NCBI GenBank assembly: GCA_964016885.1
Contig: OZ024744.1
Span: forward strand, 15,624,001-15,688,000
DNA from: Eledone cirrhosa
Lineage: Eukaryota
Direction of reading: 5' to 3'
Length of the DNA stretch: 64,000 nt
In this document: one piece after another, positions 25,901-39,049 of the stretch
Layout: every line of letters starts with the position of its first letter
How positions within the stretch are numbered: the first letter of the stretch is position 1
Notes under the pieces: model-generated
Database searches by the model: none
Told to the model about the DNA's origin: nothing
Seen by the model: only the letters and a program-made list of their open reading frames with translations
Program-made: the position numbers and the translations under genes

Positions 25901-28900
25901 GTGTATGTGAGTGTCAGTGTGAGTGTGTCAGTGTGTATGTGATTGTGAGTGTGTCAGTGTGTTTCTGAGTGTGTCAGTGTGTATGTGAGTGTGTCAGTGT
26001 GTATGTGAGTGCGTCAGTGTGTATGTTCCTTGTGAGTGTGAGTGTGTCAGTCTGTATGTGAGTGTGAATGTGTCAGTGTGTATGTGAGTGTGAGTGCGAG
26101 AGTGTCAGTGTGTATGTGACTGTGAGTGTGTCAGTGTGTATGTGAGTGTGTCAGTGTGTATGTGAGTGTGGCAGTGTGTATGTGAGTTTGAGTGCCAGTG
26201 TGTCAGTGAGTATATGAGTGTGAGTGTGTCAGTGTGTATGTGAGTGTGAGTGTGAGTGTGTCAGTGTGTATGTGAGTGTGAGTGTGTCAGGGCGTATGTG
26301 AGTGTGTCAGTGTTTATGTGAGTGTAAGTGCGAGTGTGTCAGTGTGTATGTGAGTGTGAGTGTGTCAGTGTGTATGTGAGTGTGAGTGTGTCAGTGTGTA
26401 TGTGAGTGTGTCAGTCTGTATGTGAGTGTGAGTGTGTTAGTGTGTATGTGAGTGTGTCAGTGTGCATGTGAGTGTGTGTGTGATTGTGTCAATGTGTATG
26501 TGAGTGTGTCAGTGTGTATGCGAGTGTGAGTGTGTCAGTGTGTATGTGAATGTGAGTGTGTCAGTGTGTATGTGAGTGTGAGTGTGTCAGTGTGTATGTG
26601 AGTGTGTCAGTGTGTATGTGAGTGTGAGTGTGTCAGTGTGTATGTGAGTGTGAGTGTGCCAGTGTGTATGTGTGTGTGTCAGTGTGTATGTGAGTGTGAG
26701 TGTGTCAGTTTGTATGTGAGTGTGAGTGTGTCAGTGTGTATGTGAGTGTGTCAGTGTGTATGTGAGTGTGAGTGTGTCAGTGTGTATGTGAGTGTGTCAG
26801 TGTGTATGTGAGTGTGAGTACGTCAGTGTGTATGTGAGTGTGAGTGTGTCAGTGTGTATGTGAGTGTGTCAGTGTGTATGTGAGTGTGGCAGTGTGTATG
26901 TGAGTGTGAGTACGAGAGTGTCAGGAGTATGTGACTGTGAGTGTGTCAGTGTATATGTGAGTGTGTCAGTGTGTATGTGAGTGTGGCAGTGTGTATGTGA
27001 GTGTGAGTGCCAGTGTGTCAGTGTGTATATGAGTGTGTCAGTGTGTATGTGAGTGTGTCAGTGTGTATGTGATTGTGAGTGTGAGTGTGTCAGTCTGTAT
27101 GTGAGTGTGAATGTGTCAGTGTGTATGTGAGTGTGTCAGTGTGTGTGTGAGTGTGAGTGTGAGTGTGTCAGTGTGTATGTGAATGTCAGGTGGGTATGTG
27201 AGTGTGAGTGTGAGTGTGTCAGTGTGTGTGAGAGTTTATCAGTGTGTATGTGAGTGTGTCAGTGTGTATGTGAGTGTGAGTGTGAGTGTGTCAGTGTGTA
27301 TGTGAGTGTGAGTGTGTCAGTGTGTATGTGTATATGAGTGTGTCAGGGCGTATGTGAGTGTGTCAGTGTTTATGTGAGTGTGAGTGCGAGTGTGTCAGTG
27401 TGTATGTGAGTGTGAGTGTGTCAGTGTGTATGTGAGTGTGAGTGTGTCAGTGTGTATGTGAGTGTGTAGTCTGTATGTGAGTGTGAGTGTGTTAGTGTGT
27501 ATGTGAGTGTGTCAGTGTGCATGTGAGTGTGTGTGTGATTGTGTCAATGTGTATGTGAGTGTGTCAGTGTGTATGTGAGTGTGATTGCTAGTGTGTCAGT
27601 GTATATGTGAGTGTGAGTGTGTCAGTGTGTATGTGAGAGTCAGTGTGTGAGTGTTTAAGTGTGAATGTGAGTGTGTAAGTGCGTATGTGAGTGTGTCAGT
27701 GTGTATGTGAGTGTGTCAGTGTGTATGTGAGTGTCAGTGTCAGTGTGTCAGTGTGTATGTGATTGTGAGTGTGTCAGTGTGTTTCTGAGTGTGTCAGTGT
27801 GTATGTGAGTGTGTCAGTGTGTATGTGAGTGTGTCAGTGTGTATGTGAGTGTGAGTGTGCCAGTGTGTATGTGTGTGTCAGTGTGTATGTGAGTGTGAGT
27901 GTGTCAGTTTGTATGTGAGTGTGAGTGTGTCAGTGTGTATGTGAGTGTGTCAGTGTGTATGTGAGTGTGAGTGTGTCAGTGTGTATGTGAGTGTGTCAGT
28001 GTGTATGTGAGTGTGAGTGCGTCAGTGTGTATGTGAGTGTGAGTGTGTCAGTGTGTATGTGAGTGTGTCAGTGTGTATGTGAGTGTGGCAGTGTGTATGT
28101 GAGTGTGAGTGCGAGAGTGTCAGTGTGTATGTGACTGTGAGTGTGTCAGTGTGTATGTGAGTGTGTCAGTGTGTATGTGAGTGTGAGTGTGAGTGTGTCA
28201 GTGTGTGTGAGAGTTTATCAGTGTGTATGTGAGTGTGTCAGTGTGTATGTGAGTGTGAGTATAAGTGTGTCAGTGTGTATGTGAGTGTGAGTGTGTCAGT
28301 GTGTATGTGTATGTGAGTGTGTCAGGGCGTATGTGAGTGTGTCAGTGTTTATGTGAGTGTGAGTGCGAGTGTGTCAGTGTGTATGTGAATGTGAGTGTGT
28401 CAGTGTGTATGTGAGTGTGAGTGTGTCAGTGTGTATGTGAGTGTGTAGTCTGTATGTGAGTGTGAGTGTGTTAGTGTGTATGTGAGTGTGTCAGTGTGCA
28501 TGTGAGTGTGTGTGTGATTGTGTCAATGTGTATGTGAGTGTGTCAGTGTGTATGTGAGTGTGATTGCTAGTGTGTCAGTGTATATGTGAGTGTGAGTGTG
28601 TCAGTGTGTATGTGAGAGTCAGTGTGTGAGTGTTTAAGTGTGAATGTGAGTGTGTAAGTGCGTATGTGAGTGTGTCAGTGTGTATGTGAGTGTGTCAGTG
28701 TGTATGTGAGTGTCAGTGTGAGTGTGTCAGTGTGTATGTGATTGTGAGTGTGTCAGTGTGTTTCTGAGTGTGTCAGTGTGTATGTGAGTGTGTCAGTGTG
28801 TATGTGAGTGTGAGTGTGAGTGTGAGTGTGTCAGTGTGTATGTGAGTTTGAGTGTGAGTGTGTCAGTGTGTATGTGAGTGTGTCAGTGTGTATGTGAGTG

Positions 28901-31900
28901 TGAGTGCGTCAGTGTGTATGTGAATGTGAGTGTGTCAGTGTGTATGTGAGTGTGTCAGTGTGTATGTTAGTGTGAGTGTGTCAGTGTGTATGTGAGTGTT
29001 AGTGTGTCAGTGTGTATGTGAGTCTCTCAGTGTGTATGTGAGTGTGAGTGTGAGTGTGCCAGTGTGTATGTGAGTGTGAGTGTGTCAGTGTGTATGTGAG
29101 TGTGATTGTGTCAGTGTGTATGTGAGTGTGTCAGAATGTATGTGAGTGTGAGTGAGAATGTGTCAATGTGTATGTCAGTCTCAGTGTGTCAGTGTGTATG
29201 TGAGTGTGTCAATGTGAATGTGAGTGTGAGCGTGTCAGTTTGTATGTGAGTGTGTATGTGAGTGTGAGTGTGAGTGTGAGTGTGTCAGTGTGTATGAGTG
29301 TGTCAGTGTGTAAGTGAGTGTGAGTTTGAGTGTGTCGGTGTGTATGTGAGAGTCAGTGTGTGAGTGTTTAAGTGTGAGTGTGAGTGTGTAAGTGCGTATG
29401 TGAGTGTGTCAGTGTGTATGTGAGTGTGTCAGTGTGTATATGAGTGTCAGTGTGAGTGTGTCAGTGTGTATGTGAGTGTGAGTGTATCAGTGTGTTTCTG
29501 ACTGTGTCAGTGTGTATGTGAGTGTGTATGTCAGTGTGTCAGTGTCTATGTGAGTGTGTCAATGTGTATGTGAGTGTGAGTGTGAGTTTGTCAGTGTGTA
29601 TGTGAGTGTGTCAGTGTGTAGCTGAGTGTGAGTGTGTCAGTGTGTATGCGAGTGTGAGTGTGTCAGTGTGTATGTGAGTGTGAGTGTGTCAGTGTGTATG
29701 TGAGTGTGAGTGTGTCAGTGTGTATGTGAGTGTGTCAGTGTGTATGTGAGTGTGAGTGTGAGTGTGTCAGTGTGTATGTGAGTGTGAGTGTGCCAGTTTA
29801 TATGTGTGTGTCAGTGTGTATGTGAGTGTGAGTGTGTCAGTGTGTATGTGAGTGTGTCAGTGTGTATGTGAGCAGTTGAGTGTGAGTGTGTCAGTGTGTA
29901 TGTGAATGTGAGTGCGAGTGTGTCAGTGTGTATGTGAGTGTGAGTGTGTCAGTGTGTATGTGAGTGTGTCAGTGTGTATGTGAGTGTGAGTGTGAGTGTG
30001 TCAGTGTGTATGTGAGTGTGAGTGTCAGTGTGTCAGTGTGTATGTGAGTGTGTCAGTGTGTATGTGAGTATGAGTGTGTCAGTGTGTATGTGAGTGTGTC
30101 AGTGTGTATGTGAGCAGTTGAGTGTGAGTGTGTCAGTGTGTATGTGAATGTGAGTGCGAGTGTGTCAGTGTGTATGTGAGTGTGTCAGTGTGTATGTGAG
30201 TGTGTCAGTGTGTATGTGAGTGTGAGTGTGTCAGTGTGTATGTGAGTGTGTCAGTGTGTATGTTAGTGTGAGTGTGTCAGTGTGTATGTGAGTGTTAGTG
30301 TGTCAGTGTGTATGTGAGTCTCTCAGTGTGTATGTGAGTGTGAGTGTGAGTGTGCCAGTGTGTATGTGAGTGTGAGTGTGTCAGTGTGCATGTGAGTGTG
30401 TCAGTGTGTATGTGAGTGTGAGTGTGTCAGTGTGTATGTGAGTGTGATTGTGTCAGTGTGTATGTGAGTGTGTCAGAATGTATGTGAGTGTGAGTGAGAA
30501 TGTGTCAATGTGTTTGTCAGTTTCAGTGTGACAGTGTGTGAGTGTGAGTGTGAGCGTGTCAGTGTGTATGTGAGTGTGTCAATGTGTATGTGAGTGTGGG
30601 CGTGTCAGTTTGTATGTGAGTGTGTCAGTGTGTATGTGAGTGTGAGTGTGAGTGTGAGTGTGTCAGTGTGTATGAGTGTGTCAGTGTGTAAGTGAGTGTG
30701 AGTTTGAGTGTGTCAGTGTGTATGTGAGAGTCAGGATGTGAGTGTTTAAGTGTGAGTGTGAGTGTGTAAGTGCGTATGTGAGTGTGTCAGTGTGTATGTG
30801 AGTGTGTCAGTGTGTATGTGAGTGTCAGTGTGAGTGTGTCAGTGCGTATGTGAGTGTGAGTGTGTCAGTGTGTTTCTGAGTGTGTCAGTGTGTATGTGAG
30901 TGTGTCAGTGTGTATGTGAGTGTGAGTGTGAGTGTGTCAGTGTGTATGTGAGTGTGAGTGTGCCAGTGTTTATGTGTGTGTCAGTGTGTATGTGAGTGTG
31001 AGTGTGTCAGTTTGTATGTGAGTGTGAGTGTGTCAGTGTGTATGTGAGTGTGTCAGTGTGTATGTGAGTGTGAGTGTGTCAGTGTATATGTGAGTGTGTC
31101 AGTCTGTATGTGAGTGTGAGTGCGTCAGTGTGTATGTGAGTGTGAGTGTGTCAGTGTGTATGTGAGTGTGTCAGTGTGTATGTGAGTGTGGCAGTGTGTA
31201 TGTGAGTGTGAGTGCGAGAGTGTCAGTGTGTATGTGACTGTGAGTGTGTCAGTGTGTATGTGAGTGTGTCAGTGTGTATGTGAGTGTGGCAGTGTGTATG
31301 TGAGTGTGAGTGCCAGTGTGTCAGTGTGTATATGAGTGTGAGTGTGTCAGTGTGTATGTGAGTGTGAGTGTGAGTGTGTCAGTGTGTGTGAGAGTTTATC
31401 AGTGTGTATGTGAGTGTGTCAGTGTGTATGTGAGTGTGAGTGTGAGTGTGTCAGTGAGCATGTGAGTGTGAGTGTGTCAGTGTGTATGTGTATGTGAGTG
31501 TGTCAGGGCGTATGTGAGTGTGTCAGTGTTTATGTGAGTGTGAGTGCGAGTGTGTCAGTGTGTATGAGAGTGTGAGTGTGTCAGTGTGTATGTGAGTGTG
31601 AGTGTGTCAGTGTGTATGTGAGTGTGTATTCTGTATGTGAGTGTGAGTGTGTTAGTGTGTATGTGAGTGTGTCAGTGTGCATGTGAGTGTGTGTGTGATT
31701 GTGTCAATGTGTATGTGAGTGTGTCAGTGTGTATGTGAGTGTGATTGCTAGTGTGTCAGTGTATATGTGAGTGTGAGTGTGTCAGTGTGTATGTGAGAGT
31801 CAGTGTGTGAGTGTTTAAGTGTGAATGTGAGTGTGTAAGTGCGTATGTGAGTGTGTCAGTGTGTATGTGAGTGTGTCAGTGTGTATGTGAGTGTCAGTGT

Positions 31901-34900
31901 GAGTGTGTCAGTGTGTATGTGATTGTGAGTGTGTCAGTGTGTTTCTGAGTGTGTCAGTGTGTATGTGAGTGTGTCAGTGTGTATGTGAGTGTGAGTGTGA
32001 GTGTGTCAGTGTGTATGTGAGTGTGAGTGTGCCAGTGTGTATGTGTGTGTCAGTGTGTATGTGAGTGTGAGTGTGTCAGTATGTATGTGAGTATGAGTGT
32101 GTCAGTGTGTATGTGAGTGTGTCAGTGTGTATGTGAGTGTGAGTGTGTCAGTGTGTATGTGAGTGTGTCAGTGTGTATGTGAGTGTGAGTGCGTCAGTGT
32201 GTATGTGAGTGTGAGTGTGTCAGTGTGTATGTGAGTGTGTCAGTGTGTATGTGAGTGTGGCAGTGTGTATGTGAGTGTGAGTGCGAGAGTGTCAGTGTGT
32301 ATGTGACTGTGAGTGTGTCAGTGTGTATGTGAGTGTGTCAGTGTGTATGTGAGTGTGGCAGTGTGTATGTGAGTGTGAGTGCCAGTGTGTCAGTGTGTAT
32401 ATGAGTGTGAGTGTGTCAGTGTGTATGTGAGTGTGAGTGTGAGTGTGTCAGTGTGTGTGAGAGTTTATCAGTGTGTATGTGAGTGTGTCAGTGTGCATGT
32501 GAGTGTGAGTGTGAGTGTGTCAGTGTGTATGTGAGTGTGAGTGTGTCAGTGTGTATGTGTATGTGAGTGTGTCAGGGCGTATGTGAGTGTGTCAGTGTTT
32601 ATGTGAGTGTGAGTGCGAGTGTGTCAGTGTGTATGTGAGTGTGAGTGTGTCAGTGTGTATGTGAGTGTGAGTGTGTCAGTGTGTATGTGAGTGTGTAGTC
32701 TGTATGTGAGTGTGAGTGTGATTGCTAGTGTGTCAGTGTATATGTGAGTGTGAGTGTGTCAGTGTGTATGTGAGAGTCAGTGTGTGAGTGTTTAAGTGTG
32801 AATGTGAGTGTGTAAGTGCGTATGTGAGTGTGTCAGTGTGTATGTGAGTGTGTCAGTGTGTATGTGAGTGTCAGTGTGAGTGTGTCAGTGTGTATGTGAT
32901 TGTGAGTGTGTCAGTGTGTTTCTGAGTGTGTCAGTGTGTATGTGAGTGTGTCAGTGTGTATGTGAGTGCGTCAGTGTGTATGTTCCTTGTGAGTGTGAGT
33001 GTGTCAGTCTGTATGTGAGTGTGAATGTGTCAGTGTGTATGTGAGTGTGAGTGCGAGAGTGTCAGTGTGTATGTGACTGTGAGTGTGTCAGTGTGTATGT
33101 GAGTGTGTCAGTGTGTATGTGAGTGTGGCAGTGTGTATGTGAGTTTGAGTGCCAGTGTGTCAGTGAGTATATGATTGTGAGTGTGTCAGTGTGTATGTGA
33201 GTGTGAGTGTGAGTGTGTCAGTGTGTATGTGAGTGTGAGTGTGTCAGGGCGTATGTGAGTGTGTCAGTGTTTATGTGAGTGTAAGTGCGAGTGTGTCAGT
33301 GTGTATGTGAGTGTGAGTGTGTCAGTGTGTATGTGAGTGTGAGTGTGTCAGTGTGTATGTGAGTGTGTCAGTCTGTATGTGAGTGTGAGTGTGTTAGTGT
33401 GTATGTGAGTGTGTCAGTGTGCATGTGAGTGTGTGTGTGATTGTGTCAATGTGTATGTGAGTGTGTCAGTGTGTATGCGAGTGTGAGTGTGTCAGTGTGT
33501 ATGTGAATGTGAGTGTGTCAGTGTGTATGTGAGTGTGAGTGTGTCAGTGTGTATGTGAGTGTGTCAGTGTGTATGTGAGTGTGAGTGTGTCAGTGTGTAT
33601 GTGAGTGTGAGTGTGCCAGTGTGTATGTGTGTGTGTCAGTGTGTATGTGAGTGTGAGTGTGTCAGTTTGTATGTGAGTGTGAGTGTGTCAGTGTGTATGT
33701 GAGTGTGTCAGTGTGTATGTGAGTGTGAGTGTGTCAGTGTGTATGTGAGTGTGTCAGTGTGTATGTGAGTGTGAGTACGTCAGTGTGTATGTGAGTGTGA
33801 GTGTGTCAGTGTGTATGTGAGTGTGTCAGTGTGTATGTGAGTGTGGCAGTGTGTATGTGAGTGTGAGTGCGAGAGTGTCAGGAGTATGTGACTGTGAGTG
33901 TGTCAGTGTATATGTGAGTGTGTCAGTGTGTATGTGAGTGTGGCAGTGTGTATGTGAGTGTGAGTGCCAGTGTGTCAGTGTGTATATGAGTGTGTCAGTG
34001 TGTATGTGAGTGTGTCAGTGTGTATGTGATTGTGAGTGTGAGTGTGTCAGTCTGTATGTGAGTGTGAATGTGTCAGTGTGTATGTGAGTGTGTCAGTGTG
34101 TGTGTGAGTGTGAGTGTGAGTGTGTCAGTGTGTATGTGAATGTCAGGTGGGTATGTGAGTGTGAGTGTGAGTGTGTCAGTGTGTGTGAGAGTTTATCAGT
34201 GTGTATGTGAGTGTGTCAGTGTGTATGTGAGTGTGTCAGTGTGTATGTGAGTGTGAGTGTGCCAGTGTGTATGTGTGTGTCAGTGTGTATGTGAGTGTGA
34301 GTGTGTCAGTTTGTATGTGAGTGTGAGTGTGTCAGTGTGTATGTGAGTGTGTCAGTGTGTATGTGAGTGTGAGTGTGTCAGTGTGTATGTGAGTGTGTCA
34401 GTGTGTATGTGAGTGTGAGTGCGTCAGTGTGTATGTGAGTGTGAGTGTGTCAGTGTGTATGTGAGTGTGTCAGTGTGTATGTGAGTGTGGCAGTGTGTAT
34501 GTGAGTGTGAGTGCGAGAGTGTCAGTGTGTATGTGACTGTGAGTGTGTCAGTGTGTATGTGAGTGTGTCAGTGTGTATGTGAGTGTGAGTGTGAGTGTGT
34601 CAGTGTGTGTGAGAGTTTATCAGTGTGTATGTGAGTGTGTCAGTGTGTATGTGAGTGTGAGTGTGAGTGTGTCAGTGTGTATGTGAGTGTGAGTGTGTCA
34701 GTGTGTATGTGTATGTGAGTGTGTCAGGGCGTATGTGAGTGTGTCAGTGTTTATGTGAGTGTGAGTGCGAGTGTGTCAGTGTGTATGTGAATGTGAGTGT
34801 GTCAGTGTGTATGTGAGTGTGAGTGTGTCAGTGTGTATGTGAGTGTGTAGTCTGTATGTGAGTGTGAGTGTGTTAGTGTGTATGTGAGTGTGTCAGTGTG

Positions 34901-35258
34901 CATGTGAGTGTGTGTGTGATTGTGTCAATGTGTATGTGAGTGTGTCAGTGTGTATGTGAGTGTGATTGCTAGTGTGTCAGTGTATATGTGAGTGTGAGTG
35001 TGTCAGTGTGTATGTGAGAGTCAGTGTGTGAGTGTTTAAGTGTGAACGTGAGTGTGTAAGTGCGTATGTGAGTGTGTCAGTGTGTATGTGAGTGTGTCAG
35101 TGTGTATGTGAGTGTCAGTGTGAGTGTGTCAGTGTGTATGTGATTGTGAGTGTGTCAGTGTGTTTCTGAGTGTGTCAGTGTGTATGTGAGTGTGTCAGTG
35201 TGTATGTGAGTGTGAGTGTGAGTGTGAGTGTGTCAGTGTGTATGTGAGTTTGAGTGTG
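21925..35258 (+). repeat. Tandem duplication, period ~6.9 kb, junction near 28858; copy 2 has a ~555-bp deletion
   Basis: TCAGGATG (23778/30735), GTTCCTTG (26028/32985) and GAGTACGTC (26821/33778) are offset by 6957. GCCAGTTTATA is offset by 6867. After ~34230 the offset drops to 6402 (28323/34725; 28847/35249). Confidence 0.9.
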
Positions 35259-38200
35259 CCAGTGTGTATGTGTGTGTCAGTGTGTATGTGAGTGTGAGTG
35301 TGTCAGTTTGTATGTGAGTGTGAGTGTGTCAGTGTGTATGTGAGTGTGTCAGTGTGTATGTGAGTGTGAGTGTGTCAGTGTGTATGTGAGTGTGTCAGTG
35401 TCTATGTGAGTGTGAGTGCGTCAGTGTGTATGTGAGTGTGAGTGTGTCAGTGTGTATGTGAGTGTGTCAGTGTGTATGTGAGTGTGGCAGTGTGTATGTG
35501 AGTGTGAGTGCGAGAGTGTCAGTGTGTATGTGACTGTGAGTGTGTCAGTGTGTATGTGAGTGTGTCAGTGTGTATGTGAGTGTGGCAGTGTGTATGTGAG
35601 TGTGAGTGCCAGTGTGTCAGTGTGTATATGAGTGTGAGTGTGTCAGTGTGTATGTGAGTGCGTCAGTGTGTATGTGCTTGTGAGTGTGAGTGTGTCAGTC
35701 TGTATGTGAGTGTGAATGTGTCAGTGTGTATGTGAGTGTGAGTGCGAGAGTGTCAGTGTGTATGTGACTGTGAGTGTGTCAGTGTGTATGTGAGTGTGTC
35801 AGTGTGTATGTGAGTGTGGCAGTGTGTATGTGAGTGTGAGTGCCAGTGTGTCAGTGTGTATATGAGTGTGAGTGTGTCAGTGTGTATGTGAGTGTGAGTG
35901 TGAGTGTGTCAGTGTGTATGTGAGTGTGAGTGTGTCAGGGCGTATGTGAGTGTGTCAGTGTTTATGTGAGTGTGAGTGCGAGTGTGTCAGTGTGTATGTG
36001 AGTGTGAGTGTGTCAGTGTGTATGTGAGTGTGAGTGTGTCAGTGTGTATGTGAGTGTGTCAGTCTGTATGTGAGTGTGAGTGTGTTAGTGTGTATGTGAG
36101 TGTGTCAGTGTGCATGTGAGTGTGTGTGTGATTGTGTCAATGTGTATGTGAGTGTGTCAGTGTGTATGCGAGTGTGAGTGTGTCAGTGTGTATGTGAGTG
36201 TGAGTGTGTCAGTGTGTATGTGAGTGTGAGTGTGTCAGTGTGTATGTGAGTGTGTCAGTGTGTATGTGAGTGTGAGTGTGTCAGTGTGTATGTGAGTGTG
36301 AGTGTGCCAGTGTGTATGTGTGTGTGTCAGTGTGTATGTGAGTGTGAGTGTGTCAGTTTGTATGTGAGTGTGAGTGTGTCAGTGTGTATGTGAGTGTGTC
36401 AGTGTGTATGTGAGTGTGAGTGTGTCAGTGTGTATGTGAGTGTGTCAGTGTGTATGTGAGTGTGAGTACGTCAGTGTGTATGTGAGTGTGAGTGTGTCAG
36501 TGTGTATGTGAGTGTGTCAGTGTGTATGTGAGTGTGGCAGTGTGTATGTGAGTGTGAGTGCGAGAGTGTCAGTGTGTATGTGACTGTGAGTGTGTCAGTG
36601 TATATGTGAGTGTGTCAGTGTGTATGTGAGTGTGGCAGTGTGTATGTGAGTGTGAGTGCCAGTGTGTCAGTGTGTATATGAGTGTGTCAGTGTGTATGTG
36701 AGTGTGTCAGTGTGTATGTGATTGTGAGTGTGAGTGTGTCAGTCTGTATGTGAGTGTGAATGTGTCAGTTTGTATGTGAGTGTGTCAGTGTGTGTGTGAG
36801 TGTGAGTGTGAGTGTGTCAGTGTGTATGTGAATGTCAGGTGGGTATGTGAGTGTGAGTGTGAGTGTGTCAGTGTGTGTGAGAGTTTATCAGTGTGTATGT
36901 GAGTGTGTCAGTGTGTATGTGAGTGTGAGTGTGAGTGTGTCAGTGTGTATGTGAGTGTGAGTGTGTCAGTGTGTATGTGTATGTGAGTGTGTCAGGGCGT
37001 ATGTGAGTGTGTCAGTGTTTATGTGAGTGTGAGTGCGAGTGTGTCAGTGTGTATGTGAGTGTGAGTGTGTCAGTGTGTATGTGAGTGTGAGTGTGTCAGT
37101 GTGCATGTGAGTGTGTAGTCTGTATGTGAGTGTGAGTGTGTTAGTGTGTATGTGAGTGTGTCAGTGTGCATGTGAGTGTGTGTGTGATTGTGTCAATGTG
37201 TATGTGAGTGTGTCAGTGTGTATGTGAGTGTGAATGTGTCAGTGTGTATGTGAGTGTGTCAGTGTGTATGTGAGTGTGAGTGTGTCAGTGTGTATGTGAG
37301 TGTCAGTGTGCATGTGAGTGTGAGTGTGAGTGTGTCAATGTGTATGTGAGTGTATCAGTGTGTATGTGAGTGTGAGTGCTAGTGTGTCAGTGTGTATATG
37401 AGTGCGAGTGTGTCAGTGTGTATGTGAGTGTGTCAGTGTGTCAGTGTGTATGTGAGTGTGAGTGATCGAGTGTGTATGTGAGTGTGAGTGTGTCAGTGTG
37501 TATGTGAGTGTGTCAGTGTGTATGTGAGTAGTTGAGTGTGAGTGTGTCAGTGTGTATGTCAGTCTCAGTGTGTCAGTGTGTGAGTGTGAGTGCGAGCGTG
37601 TCAGTGTGTATGTGAGTGTGTCAATGTGTATGTGAGTGTGAGTGTGTCAGTGTGTATGTGAGTGTGAGTGTGTCAGTGTTTATGAGTGTGTCAGTGTGTT
37701 TGTGAGTGTGTGTGTGAGTTTGTCAGTGTGTATGTGAGAGGCAGTGTGTGAGTGTGTAAGTGTGACTGTGAGTTTGTAAGTGCGTATGTGAGTGTGTCAG
37801 TGTGTATGTGAGTGTGTCAGTGTGTATGTCAGTGTGTCAGTGTGAATGTGAGTGACAGTTTGTCAGTGTGTATGTGAGTGTATTTCAGTGTGTATGTGAG
37901 TGGGAGTGTGTGAGTGTGTATTTTGAGTGTGAGTGTGAGTTTGTCACTGTGTATGTGAGTGTGTCAGCGTGTATTTTGAGTGTGAGTGTGAGTTTGTCAG
38001 TGTGTATGTGAGTGTGTCAGTGTGTATGTGAGTGTGAGTGTGTCAGTGTGTATGTCAGTGTGTATGTGAGTGTGTCAGTGTGTATGTGAGTGTCAGTGTG
38101 TCAGTGTGTGTTTGAGTGTGTCAGTGTGTATGTGTGTGTGTCAGTGTGTATGTGAGTGTGTCAGTGTGTATTTGAGTGTGAGTGTGTCAGTGTGTATCTG

Positions 38201-39049
38201 AGTGTGAGTGTGTCAGTGTGTATGTGAGTGTGTCAGTGTGTATGTGAGTGTGAGTGTGAGTGTGTCAGTGTGTATGTGGGTGTGAGTGTGTCAGTGTGTA
38301 TGTGAGTGTGTCAGTGTGTATGTGAGTGTGAGTGTGTCAGTTTGTATGTGAGTGTGAGTGTGTCAGTGTGTATGTGAGTGTGTCAGTGTGTATGTGAGTG
38401 TGAGTGTGAGTGTGTCAGTGTGTATGTGAGTGTGAGTGTCAGTATGTCAGTGTGTATGTGAGTGTGTCAGTGTGTATGTGAGTGTGAGTGTGTCAGTGTG
38501 TATGTGAGTGTGTCAGTGTGTATGTGATCAGTTGAGTGTGAGTGTGTCAGTGTGTATGTGAATGTGAGTGCGAGTGTGTCAGTGTGTATGTGAGTGTGTC
38601 AGTGTGTATGTGAGTGTGAGTGTGTCAGTGTGTATGTGAGTGTGTCAGTGTGTATGTTAGTGTGAGTGTGTCAGTGTGTATGTGAGTGTTAGTGTGTCAG
38701 TGTGTATGTGAGTCTCTCAGTGGGTATGTGAGTGTGAGTGTGAGTGTGTCAGTATGTATGTGAGTGTGAGTGTGTCAGTGTGTATGTGAGTGTGATTGTG
38801 TCAGTGTGTATGTGAGTGTGTCAGAATGTATGTGAGTGTGAGTGAGAATGTGTCAATGTGTATGTCAGTCTCAGTGTGTCAGTGTGTGAGTGTGAGTGTG
38901 AGCGTGTCAGTGTGTATGTGAGTGTGTCAATGTGTATGTGAGTGTGAGCGTGTCAGTTTGTATGTGAGTGTGTCAGTGTGTATGTGAGTGTGAGTGTGAG
39001 TGTGTCAGTGTGTATGAGTGTGTCAGTGTGTAAGTGAGTGTGAGTTTGA

